Source of the DNA: Gemmata obscuriglobus
GTDB taxonomy: Bacteria; Planctomycetota; Planctomycetia; Gemmatales; Gemmataceae
NCBI RefSeq assembly: GCF_008065095.1
Contig: NZ_CP042911.1
Coordinates: 1,770,001 to 1,802,000, forward strand
Length of the DNA: 32,000 bases
Direction: 5' to 3'
Shown here: positions 18,889 through 25,864 of the stretch, piece after piece
Position numbering within the stretch: position 1 is the stretch's first letter
How the letters are laid out: every line of letters begins with the position of its first letter
Position numbers and translations under genes: made by a program
The notes under the pieces: generated by a model
The model's input: the letters and a program-made list of their open reading frames with translations, nothing else
What the model was told of the DNA's origin: nothing
Database searches by the model: none

Positions 18889-20430
18889 TTACAGCACTTC
18901 GAGCAGCGCGCGCCAGCCGACGGCTTGCCCCAGCACCACCAGCGCCGCCAGCAGCGACAGCATCAGCACCCACTTGAGCGCGAACAGCCGCCGCTGGAAC
19001 CGCCGCTCGTCGTGCGGGCGCGTGGCCAGGTCGCTCAGGTACGCGATCCGGCGCGACATCGGGCCGTGCTGCCACGCCCGCAGCCACCCCCACACCGCCC
19101 GCGCCGCCCGCCCCAACCGGTGCCGGCCGCCCTCGTCGGCGTCGAGCCCGTTCAGGTCGCGCACGCGGTCGAGCGCGCGGGCGAAGGTCCGGATGCCGGT
19201 CGGGCACAGGCACCGCCCGCCGGTCGCGTAAACGGTCTTCTCGTCGTGCCCCGTGCAGGTCGGGTCCGCGCACGACATCGCCCGGCACCCGAACAGGTCC
19301 GCCTGCCGCTCGCACCACCGCGACAGCGCCCCGAACACCACGAACAGGTACGCCGTCACCAGCACGACCGGGGGCAGCGCCGCCCAGGTCTTGAAGCCCT
19401 TGAGTGCCTCCCGCAACCGCCCCACCTCTTCCGAGGTGCCGGTCTCGATGACCTGCTCCACGAAGAGCACGAGGGCCGCCAGGACCGACAGGCTCAGCGC
19501 CAGGAATCCGGCGTACAGCCAGATGTGCCCGTGCCGCGCGTGCCCCACCTCGTGCCCGAACACCGCGTCCAGTTCGTCCGGCGGGAGGTCGTCCAGAATG
19601 CGGTCGGTGAACACGACGTACCGCACCCGGGGGAGCAACCCGGTGATGAAGGCGTTCGCGATCGCCCCGTGCGTGGGCCACAGCAGGAAGTCGGCGCACC
19701 GGAACTCCAGCCGGCGCGCGAGCGCGACGAACCGGTCGCGCACCGGCCCCGGCGGCATCGGGCGCAGCCCCAGGAGCGGCTTCATCAGCAGCGGCATCAG
19801 CAGGATGAGCCCCGGCACCACGGCCAGCGACCCGAGCTTGTACACGAGCGTGCGCGTGATGTCGGGGAGGTAGCGGCCGAGCGCCTGCTGCGCCACCCAC
19901 AGCAGCACCGGCAGCATCACCATCAGGGCGAACTGGCGCAGGTTGTACAGCAGGTAGGCGGAGCGCGACCAGAACGGCCGCTCGCCGAGGTGCAGCACGC
20001 GGTGGAGCGCGCGCTCGGCGTCGTAGTAGACCAGCCAGCCGCCGACCAGGAGAACGAAGTACGGGAGCGGGACCGCCAGTTCCGCGAACGGCAGGAGGCG
20101 CGCTTCGCCGTCCCAGAAGATCAGCAGTTCGGACTGGACCCGCCAACCCCAACCGAAGGCGAGCACGCACGCCGCGGCCACGGCGAGGTTGACGAAAAAC
20201 AGCACCCGGCGCCACCGGTTGTACGCGCGGGCTGCCTCGTACCGTCGGAGCGGGTCGCGCCGCACGGTCCGGATCACCCACCCCCGCAGCGCGAGGGCCA
20301 GGCCGAAGGCCGCCGCGACGGCCCCGCCGGACAGCACGAGCGCCGCCTCGCGCTCCGGCCCGATCAGCGGGTGCGGCCACTCGATGGGCAGGCACGCGGC
20401 AATGAGAGCGAACACCAAGAGTATTGGCAT
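18889..20430 (-). CDS. M48-family zinc metallopeptidase, polytopic membrane protein
   Basis: 513 aa. The HExxH motif lies in VFGHEVGHARHGH, and a downstream third-ligand motif of the E-x-x-A-D type lies in SRWCERQADLFG. There are several TM segments before and after the catalytic region, and a six-Cys stretch overlaps and follows the ExxAD motif. Confidence 0.85.
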   Translation of the reverse strand: MPILLVFALIAACLPIEWPHPLIGPEREAALVLSGGAVAAAFGLALALRGWVIRTVRRDPLRRYEAARAYNRWRRVLFFVNLAVAAACVLAFGWGWRVQSELLIFWDGEARLLPFAELAVPLPYFVLLVGGWLVYYDAERALHRVLHLGERPFWSRSAYLLYNLRQFALMVMLPVLLWVAQQALGRYLPDITRTLVYKLGSLAVVPGLILLMPLLMKPLLGLRPMPPGPVRDRFVALARRLEFRCADFLLWPTHGAIANAFITGLLPRVRYVVFTDRILDDLPPDELDAVFGHEVGHARHGHIWLYAGFLALSLSVLAALVLFVEQVIETGTSEEVGRLREALKGFKTWAALPPVVLVTAYLFVVFGALSRWCERQADLFGCRAMSCADPTCTGHDEKTVYATGGRCLCPTGIRTFARALDRVRDLNGLDADEGGRHRLGRAARAVWGWLRAWQHGPMSRRIAYLSDLATRPHDERRFQRRLFALKWVLMLSLLAALVVLGQAVGWRALLEVL

Positions 20431-20465
20431 ACCCCCAGTGTACGCGCAACGAAGCGCGAAAGAAC

Positions 20466-21155
20466 CTACTTCACCTCGGTCCCCGATACGACGATCAGCC
20501 GGCTCCGGTCGCCGCTCCCGAGCGTCACGGTGCGGTTCGCCTCGTAGGTCTTGCCGCCGGCCGCCCAGCGCGCTTTGACCGCGAAGGCGTAGGACTCGCC
20601 CGGCTTCAGCACCGGGGAGGTCAGGACGCGCTCGTCCGCGGCGGCGCCGCTCACCTCACGCCCGTTGAGCCACACGTCGGCCGCGGCCGGGAACTGCACG
20701 ACAAGAGTGGCCGGGAACTCGTTCGCCAGTACCACCGTCGGCTCCGGCCGCGGCACCCGCACGACCGGCCCGACGACCGGGTAGACCGGTTCATCGTAAC
20801 CCGGCTGTTCGATGTACTCGTAGTCGAGCCCGTAGCTGTACCCGAAGTAGTACGGCCTGGGGAAAAACTGGTACCCACTCGTCGGGCGCCCGGCGTACGG
20901 GTTGATCCACGACGCACCGGAGTTGAAGCGCGAGGTCGGCTGTGGCAGGAATTGGGTCCCGGGACCGATCGAACTCCCCTGATACACGCCCGGCGAGAGC
21001 GGCAGGTGCGAGTGAGACTGCCGCAGGAACTGGGTCCCGGGGCCGATCGAGCTGCCCTGATGCACACCCGGTGCGAGCGGCAAACGCCCGGGCTGTGCGT
21101 CGGCGGTCAAGGTGATACCGGTGAGCGCCAACAACGCGAGGGTGAAGCGAACCAT
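20466..21155 (-). CDS. Secreted protein with C-terminal TIGR03000-type planctomycete domain
   Basis: The start is taken at ATG 21155 (MVRFTLALLALTGITLTADAQ, a signal peptide), with GGAG 7 nt upstream. The C-terminal segment ATLVVQFPAAADVWLNGREVSG....RVLTSPVLKPGESYAFAVKARWAAGGKTYEANRTVTLGSGDRSRLIV fits the pattern of the TIGR03000 domain family as I recall it. There is an internal 26-aa tandem repeat. Confidence 0.8.
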   Translation of the reverse strand: MVRFTLALLALTGITLTADAQPGRLPLAPGVHQGSSIGPGTQFLRQSHSHLPLSPGVYQGSSIGPGTQFLPQPTSRFNSGASWINPYAGRPTSGYQFFPRPYYFGYSYGLDYEYIEQPGYDEPVYPVVGPVVRVPRPEPTVVLANEFPATLVVQFPAAADVWLNGREVSGAAADERVLTSPVLKPGESYAFAVKARWAAGGKTYEANRTVTLGSGDRSRLIVVSGTEVK

Positions 21156-21185
21156 GATGCGGCTCCGCGGGGGGCAGGCGGTAGG

Positions 21186-21191
21186 ATTATA
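21186..21191 (-). promoter_or_regulatory. Candidate -10 box (TATAAT on the minus strand) about 30 nt upstream of the TIGR03000 gene start
   Basis: A perfect TATAAT hexamer sits in an otherwise GC-rich context (GCGGCGGTATAATCCTAC). No good -35 lies at 16-18 nt spacing; TTGTGA lies 20 nt away. Confidence 0.3.
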
Positions 21192-21367
21192 CCGCCGCGC
21201 GCGGGCCGATCTCACAACGGTACGAGGGCGTGCGGACCGTCAAACCCGCAAGTCGATGCCTGAAAAGCGGTTGCGATAGCCAAGTCTCTGACAGCTATCG
21301 TGGCGCTACACCAAGCTGATTCAGGACTTATGTCGAAAGTCAATTGTGACTGCCCGCACGACCGAGC

Positions 21368-21426
21368 ACACGTGACCGGTGGTCGTGTGGCATTTCTTGA
21401 CGCGCTACCGCGCCCGTGAGCGGGGC
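21368..21426 (+). repeat. Direct repeat copy 1 (~59 nt)
   Basis: It shares a 21-nt identical core, ACACGTGACCGGTGGTCGTGT, with 21579-21599. The next ~38 nt are about three-quarters identical, including TTCTTGA and a short GC hairpin. Confidence 0.8.
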
Positions 21427-21449
21427 ACGAACGCGATGGGGATGCGAAG

Positions 21450-21528
21450 GCCGTTTTTGACAGGATGCACAGGATTTAAATCGATCAGTCTTCATCCTGT
21501 TTATCCTGTCGATCCTGTCAAAAACGGC
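21450..21528 (-). promoter_or_regulatory. Palindromic heptamer-array element (T-run + TTGACA + ACAGGAT repeats); promoter-like module reading on the minus strand
   Basis: A 17-bp perfect inverted repeat pairs GCCGTTTTTGACAGGAT (21450-21466) with ATCCTGTCAAAAACGGC (21512-21528). ATCCTGT occurs three times at 9-nt spacing (21494, 21503, 21512) and ACAGGAT twice (21460, 21469). The minus strand reads TTTTT-TTGACA-N16-CAGGAT. Confidence 0.6.
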
Positions 21529-21578
21529 ATTCCGAAGCGTGCGCCCTGCGCGGGCCGCAAAACGCCTCCCGCTCTCGT

Positions 21579-21636
21579 ACACGTGACCGGTGGTCGTGTC
21601 GCTGTTCTTGAAGCGCCGCGACCGCCCGGGGCGGGC
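21579..21636 (+). repeat. Direct repeat copy 2 (~58 nt)
   Basis: See copy 1. This copy begins 21 nt beyond the 3' end of the DUF1559 gene. Confidence 0.8.
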
Positions 21637-21656
21637 TCATTTATAAGGATGCGACG

Positions 21657-22703
21657 TTATTCGTCCGCGTTCACCGGGACGCCGTCGCCCCGCGCGGCCA
21701 GTTTGAGAAGGGTGGTCAGGGTGATACTGCTGCGCAGGGATCGGACCGAGCCGTCACCGAAGACGACGTTGCACACCCCGGAGTGGAAGCCGTACAACTC
21801 GCCCTGGTTCCAGGCGTTGATCGCGACCGTTCCGGCTTGAACGTGCGCGGCCGTGGACACCTTGGCCGGTTTAACACCGGGTGTGACCGGAGCTTGCGTA
21901 CCCGCACACACGATGTTGTTGCTCTCTTGCCCCCAGCCCCCGGCCAAAAAGCCGAGCGTGGATGCGTCTGCGTACCGTTTTCCGCCCGCCCAGCCCTCGT
22001 GCCGAGCACCCGACTCGCCAAGCATCAGGGTGTTACTCAGCCCGTCCGTAATCGCCAGGATGTTGGTCCGGCGGTTGTGGGTGAGCACACCCCGAACCCC
22101 GTCGTCGCTGGGGGGCGTCATGTTGAGTTGCGTCCAGACGGCGTTGTTGTTGTTGGCGCGGGTGATGGGCCAGTAATCGCCCGTCGCCGGTCCTTTGGTC
22201 CACCCGCTCGGAACGGGACTCACGACGTGCTCGCTGGGCACTGACGGGCACTCGTAGGTCGGAATGCGGGTGCTCGTGGCCGGCTGGTTGACCGGATCGT
22301 TCCAGTCGAGCCGGAAGTTGTACCCGCCGGGAATCGAGTTCAGCACGTTGCCTTGTTCGATGTATGGCAACATGAGTGAGAGGAAGCCGTGCTTTGCGAA
22401 GTCGGTCCCCGCGGTCGGCGTGACGGCGGGGTTCTTTTGGAACTCTTTCAGCCCAGCCCAGTCGGCTGAGCCCGGACTGCTCACGATTGCGGGAGGGAGA
22501 GAGCCGTAAGTGCCTTCGTAGTTGTGGACGGCCAGGCCGAGTTGTTTCAGGTTGTTTTGGCACTTCATGCGTGCGGCGGCCTCGCGGACCTTTTGCACCG
22601 CGGGCAGCAAGAGCCCGATCAGGATCGCGATAATGGCGATGACAACGAGCAGCTCGATGAGCGTGAAGCCGGACGAACGATTCGGGCCAGAACGTGCGCG
22701 CAT
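21657..22703 (-). CDS. DUF1559 protein with N-terminal prepilin-type cleavage/methylation domain and H-X9-DG motif
   Basis: I moved the start to ATG 22703 ([62 protein letters not shown]). The C-terminal [15 protein letters not shown] contains H-X9-DG. This is a typical member of the large planctomycete paralog family. Confidence 0.9.
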   Translation of the reverse strand: MRARSGPNRSSGFTLIELLVVIAIIAILIGLLLPAVQKVREAAARMKCQNNLKQLGLAVHNYEGTYGSLPPAIVSSPGSADWAGLKEFQKNPAVTPTAGTDFAKHGFLSLMLPYIEQGNVLNSIPGGYNFRLDWNDPVNQPATSTRIPTYECPSVPSEHVVSPVPSGWTKGPATGDYWPITRANNNNAVWTQLNMTPPSDDGVRGVLTHNRRTNILAITDGLSNTLMLGESGARHEGWAGGKRYADASTLGFLAGGWGQESNNIVCAGTQAPVTPGVKPAKVSTAAHVQAGTVAINAWNQGELYGFHSGVCNVVFGDGSVRSLRSSITLTTLLKLAARGDGVPVNADE

Positions 22704-22897
22704 GTATAACCCTTCCGCGGGAAACGGTGATGAATCCAGGAGGCCGGAGCGCTCCGGGGCGAGAGGCACGGTGGACCGGGCAACTCGATCACGTTTCCCC
22801 GTCGGGGGCCGGGCGCCGCTGCGGGCGCCCGACGGCTGTGCGTAGGCGAACTGATAAACCTGCGAACTTGCGAGCCAACCGGTCGAAACGTCCGTTG

Positions 22898-22920
22898 CCG
22901 CGTGCGGGTTCCGCACGCGG
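22898..22920 (-). terminator. Perfect 10-bp GC-rich hairpin downstream of the 81-aa ORF
   Basis: CCGCGTGCGG-GTT-CCGCACGCGG lies 45 nt after the stop at 22965. The minus-strand tail CAACGGACGTTTCG has only a short T-run. Confidence 0.35.
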
Positions 22921-22964
22921 GACCTCAATACTTCCGTCACGAACCTCGGGCGAACCGTGCGAGC

Positions 22965-23210
22965 CTACTGCTCGTCGAACAGGTGCGTGAGCTTCCGGTC
23001 CACTTCGCGGACCGGCGCCCATGCCGTTTTGTACGAGACCCGAATGAACTTCGTTCGCCCGCGGCCGACGGAAATCCCTTCGACCGACGTACCAGCGAAC
23101 TTGAACGCCTCGAACGTCTGCTCGATCTGTTCCTGACGGTCTGCGGGCCGGTTGTGCGGCACGCCGAAACACAACTGCAGGAACGGAGTGGACGAATAAA
23201 CCGACCGCAA
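22965..23210 (-). CDS. Hypothetical small protein (65-81 aa)
   Basis: The composition is ordinary and GC3 is high (…ADRQEQIEQTFEAFKFAGTSVEGISVGRGRTKFIRVSYKTAWAPVREVDRKLTHLFDEQ). The track start is TTG 23210, and an internal GTG would give MPHNRP... (65 aa). I recognise no family with confidence. Confidence 0.5.
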   Translation of the reverse strand: MRSVYSSTPFLQLCFGVPHNRPADRQEQIEQTFEAFKFAGTSVEGISVGRGRTKFIRVSYKTAWAPVREVDRKLTHLFDEQ

Positions 23211-23904
23211 AGCACGCCGCTGAGGACTACCGGACAGAACTCATTAGCTATTGCGAATTTTTTTGGGTCGTTGCGAGCCGGGCGACGCAGTCCTTCAGGG
23301 ACTTGGTCTCGTCGACCGGTGGCGGGAGAGGATTGCGAGATTTCTCATAGAAATAGTACCCGTCCCCGCCGGCGACGGCCAGAGCACAAAATACGAGCGT
23401 GTACGCCCACGCACTCCTTCCGCGTGCGGTCGGCCCCGGATGCGGAGGGTGGTGGTGTGGATTCGCTCATAAGTTTCGCCGGGCGCAGATCGATGGCGAT
23501 CGCCCCGAGAGATAGAAATCCTAAGAAACAAGGTGCGGCGGTCAAAAGAAGAAATGATGAAGACGGTCGGTAGCTTCGGAGCGGATGCCACTATTCCGGC
23601 GAGCCCTGAAACAATGGCGTTTTGTGGTACAGCCCACCGAATTCCAGAATGGAAGTCATGGCCGGATTTGCCGCCGGTGCAGTTGCGGGGGCGGCCGGGC
23701 GGTCTGCAGACGCAGAAGGAACTGGGCCGGACGACGTCGTGTTCGGGGAGGCGCTTGGGGGGGCCGTGCCGCAACGGTGAGTGCGTTGCGGGCATTGCAC
23801 GTTAGTAACGGGAAATTCGGGACCGCGCCTGGAGGTCGAGCCCTTTTGCCACGACCTTCAAGGGCAGTGAAGGCCGGACGTGCCGACCTGTTGTGTGCCG
23901 CGGG

Positions 23905-24468
23905 TCACTTGGATTTTATCGCTTTTCCTAGCTCTTCGAGCACCGGCTTCACGTCGGTTTCGTTCACCGAGGTGAACGCGAACGACTTCGCCACCTTCCC
24001 CTTGGTCACGATCACCACCGTCAGGTGAACGTCGGGGTTCACGTTCCAGTTGTTGGGGCCGCTCTTCTCGCCGCCGAACGCCGCGAGCGAGGTCTTCGCG
24101 AACTTCAGCGACATGTTGATCCGCGGCAGGTACTCCTTGTGCTTGTCGAACGCCTTCTCGCCGAGCCACACGGCCACCACCTCGGCCTTGTCCGCGGTGT
24201 CGCCGATCTTGTTGTCCAGTTCCTTCATGAACCGCGCCGCCGGACGGCCGCCGACCGGGATGCCGCCCTCTTCCGCCTGCACGAACACGTAAATCGTCGG
24301 CTCGCCTTTGCGGTCCGCGACGAAGTCCGCCTCCTTACCTTCGACCTTGCCCACCACGCCGAACGCCTTCAGCGCGGGCGCCTTCTCGCCGGCCTTCGGC
24401 CCTGACTCCTCGGCCCGCGCAACAACCGCGAGCGCGAGCACCGCACCGGCCGCGAATAACGCTTTCAT
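23905..24468 (-). CDS. Hypothetical secreted protein (187 aa)
   Basis: The start is at ATG 24468 (MKALFAAGAVLALAVVARAEE, a signal peptide). It is Lys/Glu-rich with ordinary composition, and its layout is loosely redoxin-like (..VEGKEADFVADRKGEPTIYVFVQ..) but has no CxxC. The rest of the 498-aa ORF in the track is out-of-context Arg/Pro/Gly-rich sequence. Confidence 0.7.
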   Translation of the reverse strand: MKALFAAGAVLALAVVARAEESGPKAGEKAPALKAFGVVGKVEGKEADFVADRKGEPTIYVFVQAEEGGIPVGGRPAARFMKELDNKIGDTADKAEVVAVWLGEKAFDKHKEYLPRINMSLKFAKTSLAAFGGEKSGPNNWNVNPDVHLTVVIVTKGKVAKSFAFTSVNETDVKPVLEELGKAIKSK

Positions 24469-24488
24469 GGCTGCTCCCCCCGAGATCG

Positions 24489-24848
24489 CTAATCGGTTCC
24501 GCCGTCGGGCGTCACGCCCAGCGGGTACTCCGGCACCGCGAGACCGAGCGTCGGGATCGCGCGCAACCGGCGGTACCCGTGCGACACCCGGCGCTCTTCC
24601 GCGGCGACGAACTGGCCGTCCATTTCCGCCTTCGCGAACGGCCCCTCGCACCCCACCGGCGCGAACGCCGGGTCGATGATGTACTGGGCCAGCGCCGGGT
24701 TGCAACGCAAATGCCGTTCCGGCAGCAGGTGAAGGGTTTCGAGCGGCACCTCGCCCAGCACGAACCGCAGGTAAAGGTCCGAGTCGGTGACGGCCTCCAC
24801 GTCGCGCCCGCACACCTCGCACCGGTAGCCCTCGTCGCACTTCGCCAT
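24489..24848 (-). CDS. Hypothetical protein with N-terminal Cys cluster (119 aa)
   Basis: The protein begins MAKCDEGYRCEVCGRDVE (C-x5-C-x2-C) and has two further Cys residues. Composition is ordinary and GC3 is high. It lies 20 nt upstream of the secreted-protein gene on the same strand. Confidence 0.7.
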   Translation of the reverse strand: MAKCDEGYRCEVCGRDVEAVTDSDLYLRFVLGEVPLETLHLLPERHLRCNPALAQYIIDPAFAPVGCEGPFAKAEMDGQFVAAEERRVSHGYRRLRAIPTLGLAVPEYPLGVTPDGGTD

Positions 24849-24928
24849 CGATTGCCCGCCGCTTCTGGGTTGTTGTCCCTATATTAAGCTGATGGGCCAC
24901 GCGGGGCGGCGCTGAAATCGGGAGCGTG

Positions 24929-25708
24929 ATGGGCGTTTTGGACCGGTTCCGGCTCGACGGACGCACCGCGGTGGTCACCGGCGGCAGCCGGGGGTTGGGG
25001 CGCGCGATGGCCCAGGCGCTTGCGGAGGCCGGCGCCGACCTCGTGCTCGTCGGACGCGAGCCCGACGCGCTCGAAACCGCCCGCCGCGAGCTGACCGCAC
25101 TCGGCCGGTTCGTCGCGGCCGTGCCCGGGGACGTGTCCACGCCCGCCGGGGCCGAGGCCGCGTGCCGCGACGTGCTGAGCCTGAACCGGCCGATCGACGT
25201 GCTGGTGAACAACGTCGGCGGGCGCCGGGTCGATGTGGCCACGGAAGACGTGCCGCTCGCGCAGTGGCGGGAGCTGATGGACCTGAACCTGACCAGCGCG
25301 CTGGTGTGCTGCCAGCAGTTGTGCCGCGGGATGCTCGAACGCGGCAAGGGCGCCGTGGTGAACGTGACCAGCATCGCGGGGCCGATCGCGATCAAGGGCA
25401 TCCGGGGCCGGCACTACGAGACCGCGAAGGCGGCCCTCACGGCCCTCACGAAGTCGCTGGCGGCGGACTGGGCGCCCCGCGGGGTGCGGGTGAACGCGAT
25501 CGCCCCCGGCGTGTTCCTCACCGCCCCGAACCGCAAGTGGTTCGGCGAGAAGCCGACCTTCCAGAACGAGTTCGTGTCGCACATCCCGATGGGCCGGATG
25601 GGCGAGCCGGAGGAGCTCGGGCCGGCGGCCGTGTTCCTCGCCGGCGACGCGAGCAGCTACGTCACCGGGGCCACGGTCGTCGTGGACGGCGGGTACACGC
25701 TGTGGTAA
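24929..25708 (+). CDS. Short-chain dehydrogenase/reductase (SDR) family oxidoreductase
   Basis: Classical SDR motifs are present: TGGSRGLG (TGxxxGxG), NNVG, a catalytic YETAK (YxxxK) and the PG motif IAPGVF. The track start is GTG 24926. ATG 24929 is better spaced from the GGGAG at 24920-24924. Confidence 0.9.
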   Translation: MGVLDRFRLDGRTAVVTGGSRGLGRAMAQALAEAGADLVLVGREPDALETARRELTALGRFVAAVPGDVSTPAGAEAACRDVLSLNRPIDVLVNNVGGRRVDVATEDVPLAQWRELMDLNLTSALVCCQQLCRGMLERGKGAVVNVTSIAGPIAIKGIRGRHYETAKAALTALTKSLAADWAPRGVRVNAIAPGVFLTAPNRKWFGEKPTFQNEFVSHIPMGRMGEPEELGPAAVFLAGDASSYVTGATVVVDGGYTLW

Positions 25709-25722
25709 GGCGAACGGCGCAG

Positions 25723-25759
25723 GCAGTTTTTTGACGGGATTAACAGGATTCAACAGGAT
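25723..25759 (+). promoter_or_regulatory. Second copy of the T-run + TTGACG + heptamer-array module, upstream of der
   Basis: The sequence is GCAGTTTTTTGACGGGAT-TA-ACAGGAT-TCA-ACAGGAT, which reads TTGACG (25731-25736)-N17-CAGGAT (25754-25759). It is followed by a ~100-nt A-poor, T/C-rich tract that runs up to the der RBS (GAGG) and its GTG start. Confidence 0.55.
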
Positions 25760-25864
25760 CGAGACCAATGTTCTTGTTCCTCTTGTGATCTCTTTAAATT
25801 TGCCTCGCTTCTGTCTTGTTTTGTGCGTTTTTGCGGCCATTCTGTCTTTTTTTGAGGTTACGTC

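Noticed and set aside
18875-20547. ORFs 18875..20449 (-, 524 aa) and 18925..20547 (+, 540 aa).
   Set aside because: These are shifted and antisense frames of the M48 peptidase gene. Only the 18889..20430 frame carries HExxH, ExxAD and hydrophobic TM segments.
21494-21520. TTATCCTGT repeats as possible DnaA boxes or a replication origin.
   Set aside because: The motif differs from the TTATCCACA consensus at the critical positions 7-8. There is no dnaA/dnaN context or AT-rich unwinding element of adequate length. The same module also recurs upstream of der, which fits a promoter/operator better than an origin.
22965-23210. Weak resemblance of the 81-aa ORF to PurS-type beta-alpha-beta-beta-alpha proteins.
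   Set aside because: Only a loose pattern match (A.K.AG..V..ISVGRG...I.V), the conserved C-terminal part is missing, and there is no purine-biosynthesis context. I kept it as hypothetical.
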